From Octopus vulgaris (lineage: Eukaryota): DNA of 64,000 nucleotides. Made by a program: the position numbers and the translations under genes. Position 1 is the stretch's first letter. Every line of letters begins with the position of its first letter. The notes beneath the pieces are model-generated. The model was not told where the DNA came from, searched no databases, and saw nothing but the letters and a program-made list of their open reading frames with translations. Positions 26,913-39,469 of this stretch are shown piece after piece. The stretch spans positions 18,662,001 through 18,726,000 of the forward strand of contig OX597839.1 of NCBI GenBank assembly GCA_951406725.2. The letters are read 5' to 3'.

Positions 26913-27146
26913 CATGTGCACGTAAGGATACACAGAAGAAGAGAATGGAATAAGTGGAGCAAGAACACACATGAAAACGAAAAGTGTCGCTAAAGAGGTC
27001 ACAGATGTGTGACGAAAAAATTCCCGGACAATGAACATGAGTTAAAATAATAAAATAATAACTGTAATAAATGAGTGAAGAAAAAAGTATATAGTGCGTG
27101 TGTTTATTTGGCAAGAAAAAATGATCGTTCCGAAATACAACAATAT
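26551..27146. repeat. Inverted pair of a ~165-bp element (26594-26758 and 26981-27146); left copy has a hammerhead-like 5' extension
   Basis: Arms are diverged reverse complements around a ~220-bp spacer; (TA)n on both outer sides. Confidence 0.85.
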
Positions 27147-27165
27147 ATATATATATATATATATA

Positions 27166-27337
27166 TTGGGAAAGTTTACGAAAAAAAACTAAAAGACGAA
27201 GACAGGTGGTGTACAAAACAAACATATGTATTAGTATAGCGCTCAGGAATAGAAAAAGTCTTTTACGTTTCGAGCCTACGCTCTTCTACCGAAAGGGACA
27301 CAGAAAAAACAAGGCGAGAAAAAAATGTTTGTAGTGG
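27166..27337 (-). mobile_element. Family D-related element with degenerate hammerhead motif
   Basis: Minus strand CTTT-CGGTAGA-A-GAGC-GTAG-GCTC-GAAACGTA-AAAG followed by ttcctgagcg as in family D. Confidence 0.6.
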
Positions 27338-27339
27338 AT

Positions 27340-27606
27340 AAGCCTTGTGAGTGGATATGGTTGACGGAAACTGAAAGAAACCCGCCGTATATATGTGTGC
27401 ATGCACATGTGTTTGCCCTCCGCCGCCGCTTGGTAACCGGTGTGAGTTTGATTATGTTCCTGTAACTTAGCGGCTCTTCGGAAAAAAAGGGATCGATAGA
27501 ATAAGCGCACGACTTGGAAATAAATACTGCGGGTCGATTTGTTCGAATTATATTAGAGGTGGTGTTCCAGCATGGTTGCCGTCCAATGATTGAAACAAAT
27601 CGAAAG
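27340..27606 (+). mobile_element. SINE family B variant, 3' two-thirds
   Basis: agccttgtgagtggat..ggtgttccagcatgg..tgattgaaacaa. Confidence 0.75.
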
Positions 27607-27864
27607 AGAACAGATAAATCAGGGAGAACGTGTAGAAGAGTGAGAGGGAAGGAGTGGAAAAGAAAGAAGGAGAAAGAAGGGGAGGGAGGGAGAAAGAGAA
27701 TAAGAGAAAGAGAGAATGAAGTCAATCAGTTCATAGAATCAGCAGTTTTCCTTCAGTCTTACCGTATTTCTTTCATTCCATCTATTCTCCCAACTCTCTA
27801 ATTATCCAACCATCCAACCATCCATTCGTCTGTCTGTCTATTCATCCATCTGTCCATCAGTCTC

Positions 27865-27867
27865 TGC

Positions 27868-27948
<81 letters not shown>

Positions 27949-27998
27949 CATCTCTCTATCTATCTGCCTATCCCTCTCTCTCTCTCTCTCTGCCTATC

Positions 27999-28092
<94 letters not shown>

Positions 28093-28146
28093 TGCCTATC
28101 TCTGTCTATTTACCTATCTGCCTATATCTATCTATCTATCTATCTA

Positions 28147-28203
<57 letters not shown>

Positions 28204-28205
28204 GT
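27865..28205. repeat. (ATCT)n/(TC)n compound microsatellite
   Basis: Direct inspection. Confidence 0.9.
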
Positions 28206-28809
28206 ATCCATCCATCCAGTTAGGTCAGCTAGCTCCTCCGTTCTCATCTCCCTGTCCCAATCATCTGCTCCCCCACCCCCCACCACCACTGCCCCAGGCT
28301 AGCCCCTACTCCATTAAACATCTTGTGGCCAGTGTGTTAACTATGGCCAATTTGAATGACGGTCATTAGATATCGCCGGTCAGAGAGGGTCATTAGCGAT
28401 GTAACACACACATGTTTCTGTGTGCATGTATGTATGTATGTATGTATGTATGTATGTATGTACGTATGTATGAATGTATGTGCGTACGTGTAAATGTATG
28501 TGTATAAGTATTTGTCTATGTATGCATGTACGTGTATGTATGTGTGTATGTGCGTATGTGTATGCACATGTGTGGGCGAAAGTCTATAAATGTTTCATAT
28601 CCATGAATTGCTATGTATACGGTGATGAATGTGAATGTGTGTTTGGGCACAAGTATGTATGACTGCATATGTGTGTGTGTCCGCGTATGTGTGTGTGTGT
28701 CCCCATATATGTGTGTGTGTGTGTGTGCGCGCGTGAGAGTTTGCGGATATATATCTGCGATGGTTTTTGGTAAGCAATGTCGATTTTTACATTTCTGTAA
28801 ATAATGATA

Positions 28810-29051
28810 ATATTTTATAAGCATAAAGCTTAGAAGGGATCACCGTGTAACGACCAAAGAAAATGGTCTAATATTGGGTTTTCGTACGCATAGTAGCACA
28901 CTCCTCGCGAAAACAAAATGCTGTGGGTTCGTATCCCATGCGTGCGAAAACGCTATTCTTTTCTGTCGAAGGCTTCTATGCCCCAATATCAGACTATTTT
29001 ACTTTGGGCATTACACGGTGATCACTTATAAGCTTTAAGCTCATCAAATAT
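28810..29051. mobile_element. MITE with ~70-bp TIRs and a tRNA-like interior
   Basis: Left atattttataagcataaagcttagaagggatcaccgtgtaa..atattggg matches the reverse complement of 28981-29051; internal GGGTTCGTATCCC. Confidence 0.8.
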
Positions 29052-29459
29052 GATATATATATATACTCTTATCTACATGGCTGAAACAGCTGTAAGATCC
29101 ATTTTATATTTATATTTATTTATATGCATTGTTCTTATAGTATTATATTACTCATTGATGTGTACTGTTTTATTCTGTATTATTATGTTTGATCTGGATG
29201 TTCCTATATAATTAGTTAATAAATTATATGAATTGGTATTATCTAGTAGTTGATGATTGATTAAAATATATTCCTCCATTTTCTTATTTTGTATTATGAA
29301 TTTGAGGTAAAACATTTTACCTTCGCCCATATAATACAATAAATGAATTAATTGCATTGCAATTCTTAACACTTATGTATTAGCATTTCTGGGTGTTTTA
29401 CTGGCAGTATATTGGATAAATGTTATCCCATAGAGGGTTACACTCACAACCACTATCTC

Positions 29460-29498
<39 letters not shown>

Positions 29499-29886
29499 GC
29501 TACTGCTATTTCGACCACTGTTCATTTCCCTAATTTAGTCAACACATAAGACAATTATTATGCTTCCTCCCCACAAAAAACCACCACGTAGATTCTGTTG
29601 AGACTAGTAAGAAACAATTATGAACTTTTTTTTATTACACTTTACTTTTTAAAATATTTTTGATAAGGTTCGTTTTTTCAAGAAAAACCAAAACATGTAA
29701 AATCTCAAAGACAATTAAAATTTATCTTATATAGTGGCGTTTTCATACTTCTTTTATATATATATATATATGATCTGACTCTATATATGTATGTATGATC
29801 TGACTCTAAAACCACCTTAATATATATATGTATGTATAATGTGTGTGTTAAACATGTATGAGTATCTGTGCACGTAATATATATAT

Positions 29887-29972
29887 GGCGAAGAACTCCG
29901 CTCGAAACGTTAATTCCTCCTTCTTTCTTTCCTTTCCTGGGTGTCCAATAACATTATACTTGTTCCACGTCT
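29887..29972 (+). mobile_element. Family D fragment
   Basis: cgaagaactccgctcgaaacgtt..gtccaataac..ttgttccacgtc. Confidence 0.7.
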
Positions 29973-30044
29973 TTCATGTTCGGATTCCCTCTCTCTCTCT
30001 TTCGGAGAGGCACTAAGCACCTACACGCACACATACACACACGG

Positions 30045-30197
30045 CAGTAACTTCCGCCTACCGAATTCAATCACAAAGCTTCGGTCGGCTCGGGGCTATA
30101 GTGGAAGACACCTGCCAAAAGTGCCACGCAGTGGGACTGAACCCGAAACCATGTAGCTAGGAAGCAAGCTCCCTAACCACACAGCCATGCCTGCGCC
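30045..30197 (-). mobile_element. SINE family B head
   Basis: Reverse of ggcgcaggcatggctgtgtgg..gggttcagtcccactgcgtggcac. Confidence 0.8.
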
Positions 30198-30317
30198 TAC
30201 TAAAATGTATGCACATATACGCAGCGCTATGCGTGTGGCAAGTTTTCTACGGCCGGATGCCCTTCCTGACGCCAAACCCCACCTGATGCCAAGCGAGGGA
30301 GTTTTCCCCTCTCTTTA

Positions 30318-30355
30318 TATTGTGTGTGTGTTTAGGCATATATAAGTGTCTATGC

Positions 30356-30395
<40 letters not shown>

Positions 30396-30561
30396 GGCAG
30401 GGGGTGGTGATCCCTGCTGTACTCTTTCGCCACAACTTTCTCTAACTCTTTCTTCTGCTCGCTTAGCCAGTGGGGTGGCGTCGTTCGAAGGCTAAAACAA
30501 TGCGAATGCATTGTGACCAGCGATGTGTAGTAACATCTGATGGTCTGGTCGGTCACGTGAT

Positions 30562-30613
<52 letters not shown>

Positions 30614-30641
30614 TGTGTGTTTAGGCTTGTATAAGTGTCTA

Positions 30642-30692
<51 letters not shown>

Positions 30693-30774
30693 TGTGTGTG
30701 TTCAGGCATGTATAAACGTCTATGCACAGTATATATATATTTGTGCGTTTAGGTATGTATAAGTGTCTATGCAC

Positions 30775-30822
<48 letters not shown>

Positions 30823-30862
30823 GTGTGTGTGTGTGTGTTTAGGCATGTATGTGTCTATGCAC
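30318..30862. repeat. Minisatellite gtgtgtttaggcatgtataagtgtctatgca+(TA)n, interrupted by repeat G at 30393-30570
   Basis: 5 units; the G insert shares ccctg.tgtactctttcgcc.caactttctct with the minus strand of 31350-31524. Confidence 0.75.
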
Positions 30863-30965
30863 GTTATACACATACAGATTCGCGTATGTGATTGTGCATG
30901 TCAATAAATGAATGTATATATGTAGAGATGTATGATATTTGTGTATGTAACTGTGCACACGTTCA

Positions 30966-30997
<32 letters not shown>

Positions 30998-31349
30998 AGC
31001 GCGTACATATATTTACAACTGTTTCATCTGAATTCGATCCCATCAATCTTGCCATATTATGCAATAGAACACGCAACAATTGATTGTTCTGCAATTGCCA
31101 TTAAAATGACATGTCAGATCAAATTCATCACAATTACGTATGAAATTTTCTGAAAGAACTTGAATTATCTAGAATTTATAACGGTTGCCGAGTTGGATGT
31201 GGTTGCATATTACAAACAAACCATTAGAGAGCATTATGGACCGGGGGCAACGAAGGAAAAGAAGAAACAGAAATGAAAAGCAAATATTTTTGCTTACAGA
31301 CGTTATAATAAACTATTGGCTGGTTATTCGTTTCCATATTTTTATTTAT

Positions 31350-31524
31350 TTATGCGTCCTTTTTCAAGCCTAGCCAGGCTCATGGGCCCGGTTTCCTGGT
31401 TTCTGTGGCGTATGTGTCCCCACCCCCCAGCTGGACGGGATGCCAGTCCATCGCAGCGTTACTCAAGAAACAGGAAGAGAGAGTGAGAGAAAGTTGGGGC
31501 GAAAGAGTACAACAGGGGTCGCCG
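31350..31524 (-). mobile_element. SINE 3' fragment (family G/H)
   Basis: Minus strand gctgcgatggactggcatcccgtccag..gaaaccgggcccatgagcc; related to 39380-39460. Confidence 0.6.
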
Positions 31525-32397
31525 ATAGATAGATAGGTACGTACGTACGTACATACATACATACATACACACATACATACATACGGGTACATACATACAT
31601 ACATACATACGACTACACACATATATATATACATACATACATACGGGTACATACATACATACATACATACATACATACGTACATACATACATACATACAT
31701 ACATACATACTGGTACACACATGCATACATACATACATACATACATACATACATACATACATACATACATACATACATACATACATACATACGGGTACAC
31801 ACATATGTATAAAAATCAGAAATCAGTTCAGATATTCAGAAGCAAAAAAGGGACAACTAATGATGAAAAATATCCAGAAAAAAATATCAAATAATCTCTA
31901 GAAAAAAAATAATAAAAGAAATGAACAAGTTTTACAAGTAAGAAGAAAAAGGAAGAAGAAGATTTTAGGCAACATTGAAGAAAAATGAACGAATTCGAAG
32001 ACGTTGATGACTGCGTGTAAGAACATTATAAATGGACCTTAATATAACCGCTCTTAAACCTTAGCATTTAAGGTGGTCAAGTCCGGTCTAAAAGTATTCT
32101 ATCAGTTTTATGCTGAAACTGACCAGATCTAGCCTCTTGCACCAACCCTACAATGTCATTCTGAAAAATAAACAACCACGTCATCGAAATCTTGAAGCTG
32201 CGAGAAAATACATGAAGAAGAACCGCTAATTATGATGACTATGTCGATGATGATAATGGTGATGATGATAATGGTGATGATGATAATGGTGATGATGATG
32301 GTGACGGTGGTGTTCGTGGTGGTGGCGAAGTAAATGATGAGGTTTCTCATAAATATGATGATGGTGGCTATGATGACATTGATGGAGAATGCAAGAG

Positions 32398-32463
<66 letters not shown>

Positions 32464-32523
32464 CATTCATCCATCCATACACACACATATATACACACAC
32501 ACATATACATACACACAGTCACA

Positions 32524-32563
<40 letters not shown>

Positions 32564-33478
32564 TATACACACACACACACGTACAGATATATATACACAT
32601 ACACATATATAAACACTCACATATATACACACACATATATACACACACATAGACACACATATATATACACACACATATACACACATATATACAAACACAT
32701 ACATACATATACAAACACAAACACACATACACACACACACACACACATATATATATATTTACACACACACAAATATATACACACACACATAAAGGCAACA
32801 TGACTAAGAAGGTGAATGGAACCGATAACAATAACGATGATGATGATGATGTAATCGAGAAGATTTGAAAACGTGTTAGTAGGAAGGAGGAGGAGGAGGC
32901 GGCGTAGGAAGAGCAGGAGAGGAAGAAAAGAAAGAGGACAAGGGGGAGGAGGAAAAGAAAGCTGAGGAGGAGAAGGGGGCAGAAGCAGGGGAGGAAATAG
33001 CAGAAGAAATTACGACCCTCATTAATTTCGCCATGGAACCAGTCGTACAACATCGGACAAGCTGATCTGTTTGATTAGCTCCCTTGACTCATTATCATCT
33101 CATGTTGCCTGCAGGGATCCACAAAAGCAAATAGAGAAAATATACAGAAAAAATATTACATATATACGATAATATAGAGAGCAAGAAGTGCTAATTTGCA
33201 ATCGGACGTTGCATGTATTCATAGGAACATATAATGTATGAATATATATATTCGATATACATATTATATATGTATATACACACACATACATACACATATA
33301 TGCATATATAGGTATATATAAATATATTATTTACATAGATAAACGGATACACATATGATAGACGTATTATATATGAATATCTATATATCTATATATGCAT
33401 GCATATGTATATATATATATATATATATATGCATTCTAATAAGTATATATATATATTTATACATATACGTACGTACAT

Positions 33479-33525
<47 letters not shown>

Positions 33526-33824
33526 TACACACATATATATATACATATATAGGCATATACATACATATATACACATGCATACCTACATATATATATATCT
33601 ATATGCACACACATTCACACTTATATACATATATATATATATATTGCCACATATATACACACCTATATAAATACATACACATATAAACACAAACACACAT
33701 AGACACACACACATATAAACAAACACACGCACACACACACATATATATATATATATACACAAACATATACATGCATAGGTATACGTATATGCGTTATATG
33801 TACATGCATACTCACGGACACACA

Positions 33825-33897
<73 letters not shown>

Positions 33898-34845
33898 GCA
33901 TATATAAAATAATAAATTGATAAACACATTAAGTGATAATAAACAACGACAAGTTAAAAATGAACGCAAAAAAACCCACAAACTCTAAATGCTACCACGT
34001 TGCAAATACCATGTGGTGAAAGAAGGTAAGAGAACGATCGTGTGAGAGGAGAAATCATGCGTCAATAGAGAAGGATCCAGGTTTTTCCGACATAGCTCAC
34101 ACTATGTCCGACCAACTGCTGCTGCTGTTGCTACCGATAGTTAATTTAGCATCACTATGCTAAGACTTATTACATTTTTGCTCGTTAGACGGCAAGCAAT
34201 GCATTCATCATATGTTCTGATTCATACACCATCAGCATGTTCTTATATATATATATATATATATATATACATTTATATATAGAAAGAGAGAGTGAGCTTC
34301 GGTATAAATGCACACACGAGCGGGAATATATTCTCGTGCGAATGTGAATGAATATGGATACATTTACAGCAATACAACACCAATATGAATACTCGCATAC
34401 ATATATATATATGCATGTATATGTATTTATATACACATTCTCACATGACACACAAGCATCCACAATTATGCAAATCTGAAAAGACATACATTGCACCAAC
34501 AACACCAAAAGTGCCATGAGCAAGAGCAAGTGTTTATATATATATATATATACATACACTTATGTTTGCATATATATGTATGAATACATACATATATATA
34601 TACACACACATATACCCATACATACGTATATATAGACATACATAGATACGTACATACGCACACACATTTATATATATACGCATATGTGTGTGTATATATA
34701 TATATATTATACATATATATATATAAATACTCACACATAGAGGTGTTGGTGTGGCTGTGTGGTACGAAGCTTGCTTCCAAGCCACATGGTTCCGAGTTCA
34801 GACCCGCTGTAGATATTAGATTTATAAGCCCCAAAATCCACTCCA

Positions 34846-35070
34846 TTAGTGGCTAAGAGCGCGGGCTACTAACCCCAAGATTCCGAGTTCGATTCCAGGC
34901 AGTGACATGAATAATAATTACAACAAGATCAAAATATACCTTAGGAATGAAAACCGAGGTTCGAAATTTTTCCAGGACACCTGATGAAGGTTGGAGAGTA
35001 CATCAGCCGAAACGGTGTGTCAACAATAAACAAAATGAGGACAAATGTCCGTCAATTGTAAATAATGTAC
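34846..35070 (+). mobile_element. Family E: tRNA-headed SINE-like element with hammerhead-like motif
   Basis: ttagtggctaagagc..GAGTTCGATTCC B-box, then GACAC-CTGATGA-A-GGTTG..CAGCC-GAAACGGT-GTGTC; partial second copy at 36271-36388 (-). Confidence 0.75.
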
Positions 35071-35197
35071 GTAAGAAAGTTCTCGAACATGGTTTGCAAG
35101 TTCTAAGCAAGTTTGCTCAAAGCCTATAATCGATATATCGCTGTATGGAAGTCCTGCCGCCAGGGCAGTAAAAGTCCCTCTCTAGAATGATCTAGAG

Positions 35198-35405
35198 CAG
35201 GGGTTCTCAACCACTTTTTACCTATGGTCCCCGTTGATTCCTATTTGCTCGGGTAGACCCTCATAGCCATTGGATGTCTAACAAATTCCCCCATATTTTG
35301 AAACATTCAATATTATTAGAATTTGTATAGTGTGGAAATATAACCAGATTATTGCACATAAATATTGAGAACAAAATCTTATTTAGGCTCCGTTGAGGAC
35401 CACTG
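35198..35405. mobile_element. hAT-Charlie-like MITE
   Basis: TIRs CAGGGGTTCTCAAC ... GTTGAGGACCACTG; 8-bp TSD-like atctagag / gtttagag (NTCTAGAN preference). Confidence 0.8.
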
Positions 35406-35444
35406 GTTTAGAGTAATTCTATGGAGGGATCCGGTGTTTCTTTT

Positions 35445-35606
35445 ATTCCTTTACTTGTTGCAGTCATTTGACTGCGGCCATGCTGGAGCAGGACTTAGTA
35501 CTTATTAAATCACTCTCTTTTGCCGAACAGCTAAGTTACGGCGACGTAAACACCAGCAGCGGTTGTCAAGCAGTGATGGGGGGGGGACGAACACAGACAT
35601 TAAGAC

Positions 35607-35639
<33 letters not shown>

Positions 35640-35828
35640 AACACATACACATACATATATATATACGACGAGCTTTTTTTAGTTTCCGTGTACCAGATCC
35701 ACTCACAAGGCTTTGGTCGGCCCGAGGCTATAGTAGGAGACACTTGCCTAAGGTGCCACGCAGTGGGACTGAACCCGGAACCATGTGGCTGGTAAGCAAA
35801 CGTCTTACCACACGGCCACGCCTGCGCC
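35445..35828 (-). mobile_element. SINE family B, near full length
   Basis: Head, internal microsatellite and 3' end present. Confidence 0.88.
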
Positions 35829-36270
35829 TATTTTATTTTATTTTCTATTTTATTTTATCTGGTTTCAGCTCACGAGCTGTGGCCATGCTGGGGCACCGCC
35901 ATTTGTATGTAAACGAACAACAACCATGCAATGTTGTTAAATGGGTTACGGAACGAGTAGTGCGAAAACATCTCTGTCCAAAATTACATTATTAGTGAAA
36001 CCCTGCTGGTAGTTATTGCTAAACTGCTGAACCGAAAAACCATATGGATGGGGGAATGTCCTTCGATGTCGTGTTGCAGTGTTTATCCTGCAACTGATAT
36101 GAATAAAAGAGATCTATCCTGTTTGTTAATGTGTGCTTGCTCTGTGTGTGTGCGCGTGTGTGTGTGTGGAATAGGCGTAGAGAAGAAAGGAGGAGAGAAA
36201 AGGGAGGGAGAGAGCAAAGAGAGGGAGTGAGAAAAAAGTGGAAGGGAAAGAAGGGGAGAAAGAAGAGAAA

Positions 36271-36388
36271 GTGTCCTGGGAAAATTTCGAACCTGGGTTC
36301 TCATTCCTAAGGTATGTTTTTAATGTTGTTATTATTATTGATATTCAGGTCACTGCCTGGAATCGAACTCGGAATCTTGGCGTTAGTA
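36271..36388 (-). mobile_element. Family E partial copy
   Basis: Reverse complement of ~34867-34980. Confidence 0.8.
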
Positions 36389-36391
36389 ATT

Positions 36392-36545
36392 TGTACAGAA
36401 AACTCATGTTCTTCAGGGCAGCCCTCGTTACCATATTCAGAAGAATAATGAATGCTGAACTCTATGTGCCAGAGTGGCATACAACAGTACGTACAGCATT
36501 CATAGCCAAGAATCAGGAGACGCATATCACCAAATGTTACAAACA
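36392..36545 (+). mobile_element. R4/Dong-like RT N-terminal fragment
   Basis: LYRKLMFFRAALVTIF..VPEWHTTVRTAFIAKNQETHITKCYK resembles WYKKL...PEWLT.GRT.L.PK......NYRPI. Confidence 0.6.
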
Positions 36546-36710
36546 TGATCAACAGGCTATTGATATCGATTGGTATTGATATTTCTTCTCTGTTCGACAT
36601 TTGTTTTCTTTAGACTTATGTGTATCAGTGAAAATTTGTGGTTATAGTCATCTTCTGGCTGCTATTTTTAGCGTGGTGGTGCCACTTGTAGCACCCTTAA
36701 TTATATATTG

Positions 36711-36768
<58 letters not shown>

Positions 36769-36771
<3 letters not shown>

Positions 36772-36932
36772 CGTAGGAGTGGCTGTGTGGTAAGTAGCTT
36801 GCTTACCAACCACATGGTTCTGGGTTCAGTCCCACTGCGTGGCACCTTGGGTAAGTGTCTTCTACTAGAGCCTCGGGCCGACCAAAGCCTTGTGAGTGGA
36901 TTTGGTAGACGGAAACTGAAAGAAGCCCGTCG

Positions 36933-36969
<37 letters not shown>

Positions 36970-37183
36970 ATATGTTTGTGTGTCTGTGTTTGTCCCCCCA
37001 ACATCGCTTGACAACAGATGCTGGTGTGTTTACGTCCTCGTAAAACTAGCGGTTCGGCAAAACGGACCGATAGAATAAGTACTGGGCTTACAAGAATAAG
37101 TCCTGCGGTCGATTTCCTCGACTAAGGGCGGTGCTCCAGCATGGCCACAGTCACATGACTGAAACAAGTAAAAGAGTAAAAGA

Positions 37184-37228
<45 letters not shown>

Positions 37229-37624
37229 CGCAGGAGTGGCTGTGTGGTAAGTAGCTTGCTAACCAACCACATGGTTCCGGGTTCAGTCCCACTGCATGGC
37301 ATCTTGGGCAAGTGTCATCTGCTATAGCCCCGGGTCGACCAATGCCTTGTGAATGGATTTGGTAGACGGAAACTGAAAGAAGCCTGTCGTATATATGTAT
37401 ATATATATGTATGTGTGTGTATATGTTTGTGTGTCTGTGTTTGTCCCCCAAGCATTGCTTGACAACCGATGCTGGTGTGTTTACGTCTCAGTAACTTAGC
37501 GGTTCGGCAAAAGAGAACGATAGAATAAGTACTAAGCTTACAAAGAATAAGTCCTGGGGTCGATTTGCTCGACTAAAGGCGGTGCTCCAGCATGGCCACA
37601 GTCACATGACTGAAACAAGTAAAG

Positions 37625-37625
<1 letters not shown>
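36769..37625 (+). mobile_element. Two full-length SINE family B copies head-to-tail in (TA)n
   Basis: 36769-37165 and 37226-37625, each ~400 bp with A/B boxes, CORE-like segment and 3' stem-loop. Confidence 0.92.
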
Positions 37626-37684
<59 letters not shown>

Positions 37685-38204
37685 TAACTACTTATCTAAA
37701 TGCATATCCATCTATTTATCTACTTCTCAAGCCAACTAATCTATCTTTCCACCCATCCACCCATCTATCAATCTATCTACCCATCTATGCATCTTTGTTT
37801 ATTTCCTCGACTCCTTAATAACGAATATCACATGCGAATGTTTGTTTGTTTGTTTGCTTGTTTGTGTGTTTACGACTAATCAATTTCACTGCACAACTTA
37901 CACCACGCACTCCCCCTCCACCACCGCATCTCCCGTTCGTCGCCCCGTTTCATCAGCGTCCTGCTATTTAAGATAATAGCAGCGTTGGGCTGATTAGAGT
38001 GGAGTGAATGTAGTGTGGGATTTTCCAGGTGACGATGCTCTGTCGACGAATTATTTTCTTCTTGCTTCACCTTAGAATGAGATTCAGCGCTATGGATGCA
38101 CCTGAGTGCTGAAATGCAGAAAAGGGAGGCTTTATGTGGTGTGCTTGTTAATGTGTGCTTGCTTTGTGTGTTCGTGTGCGTGTGTGTGTGTGTGTGGGGG
38201 GGAT

Positions 38205-38515
38205 AGGCGTAGAGAAGAAAGGAAGAGAGAGAGAGAGGAAAAGGAGTGGAGAGAGCTTAGAGAGGCAGTGAGAAAAGAGGGGGAGAGGGGAGAGAAAAAG
38301 AGGGGTAAAAGAGAAAGAGTGGGAAAGAGAGAGAGGAGGAAGAGGAAAGAGAGAGAGGAGGAAAGAGAGATATAGGGGAATGAGGAAAGGGTGGGGGAGT
38401 TAAAGAAAAGGAAAGAGAGGGAGGGAAAGAGAGAAAAAGGAAAAGAGAGTGAGGGAGAGAGAAAGAAAAGTTTATAGAAATAAATGACTCCTGTAAACCT
38501 TGGTAGTTAGCTTTG

Positions 38516-38552
<37 letters not shown>

Positions 38553-38765
38553 AGAGAGTGAGAGTGAGAGAGAAAGGTAGAGATAGAAAATGTGTGAGAG
38601 AGGGGAGGGGAGAGAGACAGAGAAGATCGAGATTGGGAGAGAGAAAAAGAAAGATGAAAAGTATGCGTGAGAGAGAGATAGGGAATAAAAGAGAGATAGA
38701 CAAAGGGAGAGAGAGAGAGAGATGAGGGAAGCAGGAGAGAAAAGGTGCAGAAAAGAGGAGGGAAG
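38205..38765. repeat. GA-rich low-complexity tract
   Basis: Direct inspection; similar tracts at 40625-41145 and 55560-56130. Confidence 0.85.
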
Positions 38766-39239
38766 ATGTTATGACGTAACCGTGTTCCAAAAGCAAAAAA
38801 AAAAATAATAATAAAAAATCAACAAAAAAAAACAATAAAACAGAAAACATAGCAGAATATGTGAGATAAAAAAAAAAAAACAAAAACAAAGAAAACCGAA
38901 GAAATATCTAATAGAGTTTGAGAACCTTAGGAAAGACAAACTCTGGTAAAGGCAAATGAAACCGAAACGAAAGGAATCAAGCTTCGTCACTTCTCTCACA
39001 AATAAAAATTACATGACAGAACTAATAAATCTGGAAGCTACAATATTACAAGCTCACATTTATTTTATGTGAAACGTAACTGTAGGCTTTTATTACGAGA
39101 TCGGTGGTTCAAATGGGAACTGGATCCTGCTGTCAAATTCTGTCCTGTAACCTGACCTTTTTAGTGATTGATAAGGCGCAGGATGATTTTTGATGGGTTT
39201 TAAGGGAAACAATATTGGATCTTAATGTGGAAATGTAAG

Positions 39240-39460
39240 GGCTTAGTGGTTTAGTGGCTAGGGTGTTGAACTCACGATTGCAAGATTGTGCTTTCGATAC
39301 CCGGACTGGGTAGTGTGTTATATTTTTCTGTGAAACACTTCATTTCACGTTGCTTCAGCCGGTTCAACTGTAAAAGATAAATGCTGCGATAGACTGCCCC
39401 ACTCCGTTCAGGGGGTAAATGTTGCGTTCTCAGTCATTTATGCACCATGGACAATGGGTT
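39240..39460 (+). mobile_element. Old tRNA-derived SINE (family H)
   Basis: ttagtggctagggtgttg..ttcgataccc..acacttcatttcacgttgct..tgcgatagactg; related pieces at 2395-2435 and 49555-49725 (-). Confidence 0.6.
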
Positions 39461-39469
39461 ATAGGTGGG

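Noticed and set aside
34020-34032. Splice-donor-like AG|GTAAGA
   Set aside because: No acceptor or coding exon can be paired with it; expected by chance.
36585-36700. Possible RTE RT piece on the minus strand (ISLKKTNV)
   Set aside because: The match is too short and the flanking translation is uninformative.
36769-36845. Functional tRNA genes at A/B-box sites
   Set aside because: They continue into SINE bodies and lack a full cloverleaf; they are SINE heads.
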